Of a DNA stretch of 64,000 bases, positions 11,363 to 24,720 are shown one piece after another (the stretch's first letter is position 1; each line of letters begins with the position of its first letter). Under the pieces are notes generated by a model. That model was given only the letters and a program-made list of their open reading frames with translations. It did no database searches and was not told the origin of the DNA. The position numbers were made by a program, and so were the translations under genes. This DNA comes from the human T2T-CHM13v2.0 reference genome, Homo sapiens. Location: assembly GCF_009914755.1 (NCBI RefSeq), contig NC_060941.1. The stretch is one strand, 5' to 3'.

Positions 11363-11689
11363 ACAAGCATTATTTTTCAATGACTGATAACATTTGGACG
11401 ATATTATCTAAATTCATTCATTTATTCAACAATATTATTTATGACTAGTAGGTGTCAGGTATTATTACACAGAAAGAAAGATGAAAAAACATGAACCTTG
11501 CCCTCAAAAAATTTACAACCTGAGTATAAATGAAATTGCCCAGAAAGAGTAGATGTAGAGGGTTGACATCAGAACCCACAGTAACACCATTTTTAGGGAT
11601 AGACAGAGGATGAAGTGCTTGCAAAGGCAATTTTGAAGTACAGAGGCAAACAGAAGACATAATGGAAAACAAAGGAACAAGAAAAATGT

Positions 11690-11977
11690 GGCCAGGCGCA
11701 GTGGCTCCTGCCTGTAATCTTAGCACTTTAAGAAGCCGAGGCATGCAGATCACTTGAGGTCAGCAGTTCAACACCAGCCTAGCCACCATGGAGAAACCCT
11801 GTCTCTACTAAAAAATAAAATACAAAAATTAACCAGGTGTGGTGGCACATGCCTGTAATCCCAGCTACTTGGGAGGCTGAGGCAGAAGAATCGTTTCAAC
11901 CAGTGAGCTGAGATCATGCCACTGCACTCCAGCCTGGGTGACAGAGTGAGATTCCATCTCAAAAAAAAAAAAAAAAA
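11690..11977 (+). mobile_element. AluS with TSD AAGAAAAATGTG
   Basis: Dimer with small internal deletion, poly-A. Confidence 0.9.
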
Positions 11978-12289
11978 GAAAAATGTGTAAGGAGAACAAT
12001 GTCAATCATATTAAAGCCTGCAGATTAGTTAAATAAGTTGAGCCTATTAGACAATGAAAAGACAAAATCATTAGTTATCTTATTGAAAATAGTATCAATG
12101 GAAAGGTAAGGGAAAACCCAGATTGCAGGGAGTTATAGGAGTGGATGGAAGGTGAGTAACTGGAGATAGAAGAATTTTGGCTATGAAAGGAAAGAGAGAT
12201 ATAGAATAGGAATTAGGGATGGATTCATGTTCAAATGAGATCCATGGGTTCTTTCATATATGAAAGAAAGGTGACCCTCCCCAACCCCA

Positions 12290-12425
12290 AAAATATACCA
12301 CTGAGATCCAGAAAGGAAAGAGAAAAAGAGAAAAAAATACACTATTGAGATCTAGAAAGGAAAGAGAAAAAGAGAAAAAATACACTTTTGAGATCCAGAA
12401 AGGAAAGAGAAAAAGAGAAAAAGAA
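12290..12425. repeat. Purine-rich minisatellite, 43-44 bp x about 3 (TGAGATCYAGAAAGGAAAGAGAAAAAGAGAAAAAATACAC...)
   Basis: Units start at 12302, 12346 and 12389. Confidence 0.9.
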
Positions 12426-12742
12426 AATTGAGCAATATTCCAAGTATATAGAATAAATGAAGATTTGGGTAATAGGATGGACTGCTGCTTCCTCTAGGAC
12501 TGGGAAAAGGCAAAAATGATGGAAGATGTGAGTAAGTTTGTAGAAATTTATAACTTATAATTAAGTGCTTCTATTTTCTGAGATAAATGACAAGATTATT
12601 TACTGAGAAGTAGGAAGTAAGATAAGGTGATTTGAGGAATACAAGGAATAAAGAGAAAGCTTTGAATAACTATTGAAAAGAAAGAGATAAGAAGGTGCTA
12701 ACTAGGAAAATGTTATTCGTTACCAAACAGTATTAAAATATA

Positions 12743-13315
12743 ACTACCATTCAACCCAGCAATCCTACTACTGGATATATATCCAAAGGAAAAAAAAAAT
12801 CATTACATAAAAAAGACACCTGAACTCATATGTTCATCATGGTACTATTCACAATAGCAAAGTCATAGAACCAACCTAAGAGTCCATCAACAGTTGACTG
12901 GGTGAAGAAAATATGGTACATATACACCATGGAATACTCCACAGCCATAAATAGAATGAAATTATGTTCTTTACAGCAACATGGATGGAACTGGAGACCA
13001 TTATCCTAAGTGAACTAATTTGGAACAGACAATCAAATACCACATGTTCTCACTTATAAGTTCTCACTTATAAACAGACAATCAAATACAACATGTTCTC
13101 ACTTATCAGTGGATACACATGAACATAAACATGGAAACACTAGGACTGTGGACTCCAAAAGGGGGTGGGGATAAGGGTTGAAAAACTACCTATTAGGTAC
13201 AACGTTCACCATTTGGGTAATGTTACAATAGAAGCCCAATCCCCACCAGTATGCAATATACCCAGCTAACAAACATGCACATTTACCCCCAAATCTAAAA
13301 TATTTTTTTTAAAAA
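12743..13315 (+). mobile_element. L1PB/L1MA-like 3' fragment with a small internal tandem duplication (about 13024-13107)
   Basis: ORF2 end and 3'UTR motifs (acccagcaatcc..., atggaatact...). Confidence 0.8.
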
Positions 13316-13539
13316 ACCAGCTGAATTTATATGGAATAAATATGTAGTATTATCAAATGGAACTTTTATGTTATTTTTTCCAGCATATAATTCGATTCAC
13401 CAATAATTATAATTTTTAGTGGACAGTTCGAAAAGACAAAAGTTGAGGATGCTGAAATGATAATAAAGTGATGAATCATGTAAGCAAGGCTGGATAGAAG
13501 AAAAAGTAAAAACAAATTAGCTAATATATTTGGAAGAAT

Positions 13540-14300
13540 ATGTAAAAAAGACAAACAATAACAAGCATTGGCAAGGATGTGGAGAAAATAGAACCCTAAA
13601 ACATTCCTAGCGGGAGTGTAAAATGGTATTACCACTTTAGAAACAGTCTGGCAATTCCTCAAATGACCCAGCAATCCCATTTCTAGGTATCCACCCAAGA
13701 GAAATGAAAATATATGTCCATACAAACAGTTGTATACAAACTAGCAACATTGTTCATAATAGCTGAATTCATAGCAGCATTGTTCATAATAGTTGAAAAG
13801 TAAAAGCAACTCATTAAGATATATAAAAAGTGCTACACACGACTACATGATAAGCCCTCCAAACATTATACTAAGTGTAAAACCATATGCTAGATACTAA
13901 TTATAGTGCCCAAATCCTAGCAATTTTTCAAAGATGTTATCTGGCAAATCTGATGATTTTCCAACATTAAAATAACATGCCAACCAACTATGGTAAAAAG
14001 CAAACAGATATAAAAGTTAAATACAAGGTATTTAAGAGAATTGTTGGTCTTTTGACTCAAGTTTTCCAAAGCATATTTCCATTGTCCAGTTATATAAAGT
14101 GTTCAGAACAGGCAAATCTGACAGAAACAGAAAGTAGATTAGTGGTTACCTAAGACTGGGAGCTATGGGAATAGGGATAAGAAAGTGGCTGTTAATGGGT
14201 ACAAAGTTTCTTTTTGGAGTGCTGGAAATGTTCCAAAATTATGTTATGGTAATGGTTACACAGTTCTGTAAATATACTAAAAACATTTAAAATTTTTAAA
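13540..14300 (+). mobile_element. Old L1M 3' fragments
   Basis: ggcaaggatgtggagaaa..., agattagtggttacc... motifs. Confidence 0.6.
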
Positions 14301-14312
14301 AAATCAACTGAC

Positions 14313-14404
14313 CTGAAAAAGGGATCTTTTCTTATTGATCTGCCTCCATATTTTTTCTCATAGTATTGTAAGAGGAAAATCCACAGTACACACTGCAGGT
14401 AAGG
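14313..14404 (-). CDS. ABCA5: ABCA5 exon 28 (PYLQCVLWIFLLQYYEKKYGGRSIRKDPFFR)
   Basis: 92 nt, ag/gt. Confidence 0.94.
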
Positions 14405-14944
14405 CTAAAAGAAGAACATGTAGCAGCTCATGACTAAAAGATTTGTTGTTGTTGTTGTTGTTTTTTCCTTTGCCAACAGAACTAAGACTACATACATCAA
14501 GTTCCTTGCCATTACCAAAAGAAGTAATCACAACTTTTTTATATTTTACATGATAAAGATAATTAAAAATAAATTTTAATACAAACCAAAGCAGAATTAT
14601 TTTTAGCAAATTATTCACATATTTTCTGCCTCTGTATCATTCATTTATTGTCAGCTTCATAAAATATAATCGAACACAAAAACTTTGTTTTTGCTTCTAA
14701 GACAGAACTGTAATTAAACAGAATTAATAACATGTAAAAGGCTAAGTATATTAAAGTGAACATATTCAGTAAATGAAAGGTACTCCCCACTGAAATACAG
14801 ATTAGCTAGCGTTAACTAACATGCTTAACTTTTTATGCACCTTCTTTTTCATGCAACAGGATAAAAAACTAAACATAGTTAAAACCATAGGACCAAACCA
14901 TTCTTAAGGTACATGCTAATTCACAAAAACACTTTATTTCTTAC

Positions 14945-15019
14945 CGATATAACAGCTACTGAAAGCCTATCCCATGGATTATAGGTGTCCACATTTTTTC
15001 GTACATTCTTCCAAGAAAT
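14945..15019 (-). CDS. ABCA5: ABCA5 exon 27 (ISWKNVRKNVDTYNPWDRLSVAVIS)
   Basis: 75 nt, ag/gt. Confidence 0.93.
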
Positions 15020-15731
15020 CTAAGACAAAAAGATTTGAAAATATATACGCTGCAATATGTAGAAATATTTGGATTAAAATGAAAAAATGTATTTTGTTTA
15101 GCAAACGTGTACTTTCTATAATAAGTTAGCTGTTCATATTAGTAAGTTATGTTTTTTACTTAAAATCTTCCCTGTCCCAAAATATTTCTGAGGATCAGTA
15201 TAAATTAAACACATTGAACTGAGACCTAAAAAGGGAAGCAGGGGTAGTAGGATTAGTAAGTAGAATTAATTAGCAATTCCAAACCAAGAATTCATAACAA
15301 TATTTTTTCTAATCACATGGAAATTTCTTTCAATTATCCAGCCTTAATAAAATCAATCTGGTTTTTGTCTCTATTTTTTCTTGGAGAAAATCTCTTACAC
15401 TTTATTCTTTCTCATCCCTTTATAGTGAAATACGTTATTTAATCACTGATAAACTCCTAAAAACAAATACTGACTGAAACCATGTCACACTTCTAATTAT
15501 ATACATCATTTTGAGCATGAGAGAACCTGTAATGAACATAGCCCTTTTCCTTTGAGAATTTACAGTTTGACAAGAGCTCACAATAATTTATGCTGCATTA
15601 ATAATATCTAAATCAAGTAGTAGCCATTAGCCCAATGCATTTTACTGTTTTCTATACAAGAACTAACATCCCCAAATTAGACCATATTTATTTTATGTTT
15701 TTTAACATATTAAAATATTTAGCAGAATTAC

Positions 15732-15866
15732 CTTTATGAAAGAAATCAGGCAACCTAGAAGTGGATAGATTGGAATGATGATACAAAAGGCATAATGAAG
15801 AATAGTTGCAATTGTGTATCCCATAAAGAAAGTTATTTCAGTGATTGCAATACAAGCCAACGCTGC
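15732..15866 (-). CDS. ABCA5: ABCA5 exon 26 (AALACIAITEITFFMGY...ISFIK)
   Basis: 135 nt, ag/gt, hydrophobic TM segments. Confidence 0.94.
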
Positions 15867-16241
15867 CTAAAGAAAAAAATAAATAAATAAAAGTGACAAA
15901 GTGTTTAGAAACTTCTTACAAATTGGTGTCTACGCATTAAACTATTTTTTCAATCCTCTAATAAAACATGGAACAAGAGATGATATTTAGCCAGGAAGCA
16001 ACAAGAATACCACTTGTTTGTAGCTAGTATCCTTGATACACTAGTTGCTAAATCTCTTCCATATTGTTCCTACGTGGAAAGGATGATTCAGAAGACAAAT
16101 GTACACACAAAAAGAAGCTGCCAATTACCTATCTAAATTATTCACTTACAAAAGACATGTAACATTTTTAGTATAATCAGGAAAGAATTCATGTTAATTA
16201 AACTGCTATGGAAAGTTGAAATAATGTAAAATGTGACTTAC

Positions 16242-16355
16242 CACAGAATAGATAAATGACCAAAATTCTTTGGTATTTAAAATTTTCTTAAAGGTGAAAG
16301 AAGCAATATAAGTGAACAGAATAACTGATGGAACATAACCAATAAGGCAAAAAAC
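16242..16355 (-). CDS. ABCA5: ABCA5 exon 25 (VFCLIGYVPSVILFTY...FIYSV)
   Basis: 114 nt, ag/gt. Confidence 0.94.
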
Positions 16356-16830
16356 CTGTAAATCAGAAATATGTTTCTATAAAAATATGAATAGCTTGCA
16401 ATACACATGACATGAAATACTAGCCATATTAAAATATGAAATTATTAATATAATCCTAAATAAATCATTTAAACTGAACACTACTTGTAGTTTTTTGTAC
16501 CAAGTAAAATACTATCTCTCATTATTATAAAAAGCAAGTATAGCTAGCTACAACGTTCTCTCTCTCAAATATTAGCTACTATTTTAATATACAGCACTTT
16601 ATTTTTTAATGTGTAAGAAAAACATTATTATTTTATATGGCAGAAACTAATATATAAGGTCATTATGATCTCTGACAAAATCGGTAAATTTACTTTCAAC
16701 ATCAACCTCATGTAACTCTGTTTTCCCTTTTTCCTAATAAAGTAATCAATGAAAGGGCCTGCTGTCAGTCATTTACATGTGAACATGAATGCAAATCAGT
16801 CTCTTCTTTGATATTTTAAGCTATATTTTA

Positions 16831-18297
16831 TTTTAAGTAATTTCTAGTTTTACTTTAGAATCAGGGGATACATGTGCAGGTGTGTTACATGGGTATACTG
16901 CATGATGCTGAGGTTTGGGGTATAATTCATTCTGTCACCTAGGTACTGGACACAGTACCTAACAGTTAGTTTTTCAACCCTTGCTCCCCTTCCTCCTGCC
17001 CCCGTCTAGTAGTGCCCAGTGTCTACTGTTGCCATTTTTATGTCCATGTTTACCCAATTTAGCTCCCATTTATAAGTGGGAACATGCAATAGTTGGTTTT
17101 CTGTTCCTTTGTTAATTCACTTAGAATAATGGCCTCCAACTGCACCTGTGCTGCTGCAACAGACATAATTTCATTCTTTTTTATGGCTGCTCAGTATTCC
17201 GTGGTGTATATGTACCACACTTTCTTTATTCAATCACTGGTCAATGGGCTCCTAGGTTGATTCCATGTCTTTGCTATTGTGAATAGTGCTGCAATGAACA
17301 TACTCATGTGTCTTTTTGGTAGAATGATTTATTTTCTTTTGGATATATACCCAGTAATGGGGTTTCTGAGTTATAAGGTAGTTCTAAGTTTTTTGAGAAC
17401 TCTCCAAACTGCTTTCCATGGCTGCTGAAGTTTACATTCCCACCAAGAGTATATAAGAGTATATAAGCATTTCATTTTCTCTGCAGCCTCGCCAGCATCT
17501 GTTGGTTTTGACTTTTTAATCATAGCCATTCTAACTGACATGAGATGGTATCTTACTGTGGTTTTGATTTACATTTCTCTGATGATTAGTGATGTAGAGC
17601 ATTTTTTCATACATTTGTTGTCCATTTGCATGTCTTCTTTTGAGAAGTGTCTGTTCATATCTTTTGCCCACTTTTTAATGGAGTTTTGTTTTTTGATTGC
17701 TGAACTGTTTAAGTGCCTTATAGATTCTGGATACTTGGCCTTTGTTGGATGCATAGTTTGTATTTTCTCCCATTCTGTATGTTATCCATTTACTCTGTTG
17801 ATAGTTTCTTTTGCTGTGCAGAAGCTCTTTAGTTTAATTAGGTGCCACTTGTCAATTTTTATTTCTGTTGCAATTGCTTTTGAAGACTTATTTACCCATA
17901 AATTCTTTCCCAAGGTCCAGAATGGTATTTCCTATGTTTTCTTGTAGAATTCTTATAGTTGATGTCTTACCCTTAAATCTTTAATCCATCTTGAGTTACT
18001 TTTTACATACGGTGAAAGGTGGAGGTCCAATTTCATTCTTCTGAATATGGCTAGCCAGCTATCCCAGCACCATTTATTGAACACAGAGTCCTTTCCTATT
18101 GCTTATTTTTATCAATTTTGTTGAAGATCAGATGGCTATAGATGTGTGGCTTTATTTCTGGGTCCTCCATTCTGTTTCATCGGTCTACATGTCTGTTTTT
18201 GTACCAATACCATGCTGTTTTGGTCACTGGAGCCTTTATAGTATAGTTTGAAGTCAGGTAATGAAATGCCTCTGGCTTTGTTCTTTTTACATGGATT

Positions 18298-18328
<31 letters not shown>

Positions 18329-18976
18329 GATAAAAAGTCTCTCTCTGTTGCCCAGGCTTGAGTGCAGTAGCACGATCTTGGCTCAACACAACCTCTACCT
18401 CCCCGGTTCAAGCGATTCTCCTGCCTCAGCCTCCTGAGTAGCTGGGACTACAGGCGCATGCCACCACGTCCAGCTATTTTTTTGTATTTCTAGTAGAGAT
18501 GGTGTTTCACTATGTTGACCAGGATGGTCTTGATCTCTTGACCTCGTGATCCACCCGTCTCGGTCTCCCAGAGTGCTGGGATTATAGGCATGAGCCCCCG
18601 CGCCCAGCTTATGTAGGATTCCTTTAGCCATCTGGGTACTTTTGGGGTTCCATATGAATTTTAGAATAGCTTTTTAAAATTCTGTGATGAATAATGTTGG
18701 TAGTTTGATAGGAATAGTGTTGAATCTGTAGATTGCTTTGGGCAGTATGGCCACTTTAATATATTGAGTCTTCTAATCCATGAGCATGAAATTTTTTTCC
18801 ATTTGCTTGTATCATCTCTGAATTCCTTCACCAATGTTTTGTAGTTCTCCCTGTAGAGATCTTTCATCTCCTCTGTTAGATGTATTCCTAGGTATTTTAA
18901 TTTTTTGTGGCTATTGTAAATGGAGTTGTGTTCTTCATCTGGCTCGCAGCCTGCCCATTATTGAGATAGAGAAATG
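16831..18976 (-). mobile_element. 5'-truncated older primate L1 (L1PA/PB-like), same orientation as ABCA5, TSD TTAAGCTATATTTTA; interrupted by an Alu
   Basis: ORF2 C-terminal remnants in ORF track; 15-bp direct repeats at 16816-16830 and 18977-18991. Confidence 0.9.
18300..18607 (-). mobile_element. AluS/Y nested in L1
   Basis: About 30-nt poly-T, dimer. Confidence 0.9.
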
Positions 18977-19348
18977 TTAAGCTATATTTTAAACTATGGA
19001 ATAAAAGAGCTTATCCTTTGTGAAATTATTTTCAGGCATAAGAAAAACGAAGGAAGGCATTTTAAGGAAGGAATATATTAAAACGTTCCTGATTACACCC
19101 AAGTAGGTGGTCTACATGAAAGATCACTTTAGTTTCAAGAAATTATTTTAAAATGGTGGTAAGTTATTGTTTTTAAAAGTCACTTATCATATAAAATGAT
19201 TACATGTATTAAATACCAGACACACTTGCTCTATTTTCTTTAACAAATTAATAACCAAATTATGCAATAAGTCAACTGTCATGTTTATAACAGATTTTAA
19301 ATAACATTCTATCTATAAATAGCATGAGTACAACTAACGTTAACTTAC

Positions 19349-19519
19349 CACAGCAAGGAACTTTACAGTATAAAAATATAATCCATAATGAAATGCCAAT
19401 AAGCTTCCTAGCATCAAAATAAGAATGATAAAAAATAAGGGGATATCAACAACAGCTTGTCCAATCCAATATGCAGATGGCAAAAGACCTGAAAGTTTAA
19501 GTTGAGTATAAGCTTTGAT
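19349..19519 (-). CDS. ABCA5: ABCA5 exon 24 (IKAYTQLKLSGLLPSAYWIGQAVVD...FLAV)
   Basis: 171 nt, ag/gt. Confidence 0.95.
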
Positions 19520-20429
19520 CTAAAAAAAATGAAAAACAATTTATTATAATTTTAGACACTTTAGAAACACACAAATAAATTAGTAAATTATTGTAGATCT
19601 CTTAATTTTACATCAGCAAAACCAAAAAGGTTACATTCCAGGCTTATAGGTAATAAAAGTCCCCCTCACACTAAATACAAATTCCATTTAGCCTTTAATT
19701 TGGCTCATTATTTCTGAGATGTAACAATTTCAACAAAATTTTTAAGAATCAGAATACAGTAGTGCTGCCAAGAAACTGAGATTAAAATAAAGCAAAAGGT
19801 GTCATGGCGGTTGGGGTTACAGCTATACAAATAATAAATAGCCAAAACATTACTACTTTTGAAATACTGTGGAAACAGATGGGAAGACATGTTTACACAG
19901 AAAAAGAATTCTCAGTTTTAAAAATGAACCTTTCATAAATAAAAACACTAATAAATTGCCAAGTATCCTTTGGATTTACATAAGGCTTTCAGCTTAAGTG
20001 AAAGCTTTTGAAATGTTCAAAGCCTTTTGTGTACACTGGTATAGCATATAAATCTAAGGTGTTATTTACGTCACAAGTTTGTTAATGGTAAACTCAAATG
20101 ATCATAGTTTTCCTATCTCATGTTCTCATTTAATTTGAAATTTCTAAAATATTTCATAAATCCAAATACCTAACAATTTTATTTAGTTGATTTTTGTCAT
20201 CTATAAAAATATCTACTCCTAATAACTGAAGGTATTATATGAAAGAGCTGTCCACAGAGATAAAGGAAGCATGAAATATAAAGATTAGTTAAGAAGAGGA
20301 GAAATGAACAAAATTGGCAAGTTTTCTGTTCAATGAATTATGAGAACATGAGACACATGTAAATTCTAATACAAGAATAAAAACATAAGCTAAGGCAAAT
20401 GCAATTATTTTGGATAATTCAAACTTTTG

Positions 20430-21085
20430 TCATTCACACACTGCTGGTAGGGATAACATAAAATGGAACACTCATCTTGGAAAATAATTTGGCAATTTCT
20501 TATAAAATTAACATGTATAATTCAGCAATTGCACTCTTGGGCATTTATCTCAGAGAAATGAAAATGATGTTTACACAAAACCTGTATGCAAATGTCCACA
20601 GCAACTTTACAAAAGCCAAAAACGGAAAACAATCCAAATGTTCTTCAACAGGCAAATGGTTAGAGAAAGTGTGATGTATCCATACCATGGAATATTACTC
20701 AGCAATGAAAAGGAATGGATTATTGATAAATACAAATAGGATGAACTTCAAAAAAAATGCTATTTGAAAAAAGCCAATCCCAAAAGAAAACTTATTGTGA
20801 TGCCATTTTACATTTTTGAACTATCAAAATTACAGAAATAGAGAACAGAGTAGTGGTTGCCACAGGTCAGAGAGGCTAGGAAAGAGCAAAAAATGGGAAT
20901 CTTTTTGGTGACAGAAATGTTCTGTATCTTGACTGTGTCAATGCCAATACCCTGTTACATTGTACTATAATTTTACGAGATGTTATTATTGGGACAAAAT
21001 GTAAAGAGTACACAGGATCTCTCTGTCATTTCTAACAAACAAACATGAATATACAACTATCTCAAAATAGAAACTTTAATTAAAA
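20430..21085 (+). mobile_element. Old L1M 3' fragment
   Basis: L1M 3' motifs; boundaries approximate. Confidence 0.65.
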
Positions 21086-21089
21086 ATAA

Positions 21090-21240
21090 GTTAGTGGGTG
21101 CAGTGCACCAGCATGGCACATGTATACATATGTAACTAACCTGCACAATGTGCACATGTACCCTAAAACTTAAAGTATAATAAAAATATATATATATAAA
21201 TAAAAAAATTAAAAAATAAATAAATAAAAATAAAAAATTT
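21090..21240 (+). mobile_element. Extremely 5'-truncated young L1PA (about 95 bp plus A/TA tail)
   Basis: gttagtgggtgcag...cttaaagtataataa, near-identical to the L1PA terminus. Confidence 0.88.
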
Positions 21241-21458
21241 ATATTGGAAAAAAAATGTTTCAGTTGAAACAAGAAAGAAAATGCAAATGTCCAGTAAATT
21301 TTATTATTGTGCAGTGGGTTATGGATTTCTATATTCCTTATACTTTTCTATAATTTATACATTACTACAATGAGTATATTTAACAAAAATTGAATATTAT
21401 TTTAAAAATAGAGATATGTTACTTTTATAGTAAACAAATAACAAAATTTTTATTAGAA

Positions 21459-21784
21459 TGTATTTATTTATTTTATTTATTTATTTATTTATTTATTTTT
21501 GAGATGGAGTTTTTGCTCTTGTTGCCCAGGCTGGAGTGCAATGGCATGATCTCGGCTCACTGCAATCTCCGCCTCTCGGGTTCAAGTGATTCTCCTGCCT
21601 CACCCTCCTGAGTAGCTGGGATTACAGGCATGCACCACCACGCCCTAATTTTTTTTCTATTTTTAGTAGAGACGGGGTTTCTCCATGTTGGTCAGGCTAG
21701 TCTCGAACTCCCAACCTCAGGTGATCCGCCCACCTCGGCCTCCCAAAGTGCTGGGATTACAGGCGTGGTCCACCACGCCTGGCC
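21459..21784 (-). mobile_element. AluSp-like with (TTTA)n tail
   Basis: gctcttgttgcccagg...gcaatggc diagnostics. Confidence 0.9.
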
Positions 21785-22552
21785 TACAATTTATTTTTTT
21801 AGAATTTATTAAAATAATGAGCTCATTATTCATCACAGTCTGTAAATTAATTTAGACAAATTTGTTTTTACTGAATTAAGATCATCCATGAAGAAGATCA
21901 GAATTTTTATTAGAGCAGTAAGATATAATCTCAGCAGAGTGAAAAAGTGGGAGGCTTTGAACAACCAAAGACTGTACAAGATCGCTATATGCCTGAAGGA
22001 AAACAAAAGGGAAAGGCGTAAAAAGAAAGTGAAAGAATACCAAAGAACCTCTGTATACTTAGCAATTTCTCCAAGGCCCTAATGATGATAATCACTTTCA
22101 TCTATTTTTTTTCCATTAATAAGAATTTAGCACCTTGACTACTTAATACCTCTGTTAAAGGATAAAAGGGACGGGCATGTTAGTTTGCCAGTTAAGAACA
22201 TAAAGATCACAGTCACTTCCCAAATCCACAATTTAAACAAGTTGAGTCAACCTGAGCAAGTCATATGAACAATCCCATCTTTGATTTCCTGATCTATAAG
22301 AAATCAGTAACAAAAAACTTACCTCACAATGTTGTGAGAATTAGAGAATATAATTTTTAAAGCATGTAGCAAGTCTCAAATAATAAATATTAATTATCAC
22401 TTATTACAATAAGAAACTATAATAAATGTATTTATATTCCATTTACTTATTTCTGAAATAACAATTATACTAAGCCTTGCAATCAAGCAAATAGGTTATT
22501 TTTATATGACACTTCTTATTAGCAAATTATATATTTTTAACTGAGTCATTAC

Positions 22553-22666
22553 CTTATGATTCTCTGCATTTTCCATGGCAAAGTAAGGTGGCATTGCAGT
22601 AACAATGATTCCAAGCAAAGCTGCTTGAAAATACAGCTCAATTTTAAAAACTATATCAGTAATTTC
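22553..22666 (-). CDS. ABCA5: ABCA5 exon 23 (EITDIVFKIELYFQAALLGIIVTAMPPYFAMENAENHK)
   Basis: 114 nt, ag/gt. Confidence 0.95.
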
Positions 22667-24039
22667 CTGAAAGACAACCACAGAGTAACAAATGGAACTG
22701 AGAATCATTTTATATCTTAAGATATATCTTAGGATATATCTTATATCAAAAAAAAATCAAAACCTCAGAAAGAATGTATTAGAATATCTAACCCAGGCAT
22801 AGTCTACGTGAAAGAATGAGTGGCAGATGTATTAACAGGTGGTTGTGGACAATATTACCAACTCTGCCACTTATTAATAACTATCTGATCCTAAGCAAAT
22901 AATTTTACTTTCATTTTCCTGTCTACAACACAGAATAATCAGGCATATAAATTACGCTTCACAATTTCATAAAAATGAATGATGTATTTGAAAAGCAGTT
23001 AGTATGTCCACCATAGTGGTCCTATGAAATAATAATAAATATCTAAGAATGATATTTGTTGCTCTTGTCTTTTTAATTGGGAAAAGCTATATCCAAGCTC
23101 AGCTTCCTATGGAACTAGAACTTCTTCTCCCAAGCAGAAGAGGAATTAACTCCCACAGGCCCCAATGTCGTTAGCTTCCCCAGGGATCCAGGTGCAGTCA
23201 GCTAACTTTCCCAGACAATCAATAAACAGCTAGCACTTCAAATGCAGATTACCCAAGTCCAAGGATACTATATTATCAGCCACCCTCACCAAGGTCAGTT
23301 TCCTCCCCTTGTTCTATAAGAATACAGACCCGTGGGACAGAGAAGGTACTCTGCACTGGAATAGAATCCGCAGTGCCTAGCAGATACCCTCGCACTGGCA
23401 CACCCCTCCATGGGATGACATAGAGACAGAGTACATCACTGTCTTGCTGAAACCTAGCCTTCTGAGTTTTCCTATTTAGCAATTAAGTCAATTCCAAAGT
23501 TCAGGTCATATGACATTGCAGAATTTGTCTGAAACTCTCGTAATATGACAGTGGAGGCTCAGAAAGAACCCACAAATATGTAGACTAGTAGTGCAAGAAG
23601 TGGAAATGAATGAGACTACAGTTGGATCCAATCATACAGAATCTAATGAAGAAACAAATTTGAAATATTAATACGACTATATATGAATAGTTAGCTTCAA
23701 AAACTCCCATGTATTTCTTTCGAAATATAGTATGATTATATGTCAGTGTTGTTGAAAATTGTAAGTTGTAAAATCTTGTGTAATAGTTATGGATACAGAC
23801 ATATGTAGTAACATCAAAAAAACACGTATTGGAATTACAAATTGTGAAATTGTGAATTGCGGTTACTCCTACGGAGGAGAGAAGGAAACAAGATTGGAGA
23901 GGGGTAACATGAGTTTTCACCTGTGTCTTAAAAGTTTTACTAAAAACAAATATTATGCAATATTAACATTTGAAATATTTGGATAGTAGGTGGTTCGTTT
24001 TCTGTACGTTTGAAATATTTCATAATATGAGATACCTCT

Positions 24040-24720
24040 CCACAGACACTGCTGCTGGAAATGGAAAATGATGCAACCATTTTGGAAAGCAGTTTGGCAG
24101 TTCTTCAAGTGTTAAACATAGAGTTACTAGATGATCTAGCAATTCCACTCCTAATTATATATCCAAGAGAAATAAAAACATATGCTCATACAAAATCTTC
24201 TACTCAAATATTCATAAGCATTACTCATAATAGCCAAAAGGTGGAAATAACCCAAATGCCATCAACTGATGAACAGATAAGTAGAATGCAGTATTTCACA
24301 TAAACATTCCATACATTCCACACAATGAAATATGATTTGGTAGTAAAAATAAATGAAGCACTGATACGTGTTACAAAACAGATGAATCTTCAAAGCAGTA
24401 TGCTAAGTACAAGAAAGCAGACAAAAAAGACTACATACTGTATGATTCCATTTATATAAAATGTCTAAAATAAGGAAATCCATAGAAACAGAAAGTACAT
24501 TAGTGGTTGCCTAGGGTTGGGAGTGGGTATGAGAGGAAATGAGTGATTACTAATGAGTATAAGGGTTATTTTTTTTGGAGGGGGGTGATGGCATATTTAA
24601 AACTGACTGTAGTGATGACTGCACAACTCTATAAGCATAATAAAAGACACCGAAGTGTATACTTTGAATAATGGTCAGGTTGATTGGGCATTATATTTCA
24701 ATGAAGCTGTTTTTAAAAGT
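24040..24720 (+). mobile_element. Old L1M 3' fragment
   Basis: ttggaaagcagtttggcag..., actgtatgattccattt motifs. Confidence 0.7.
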
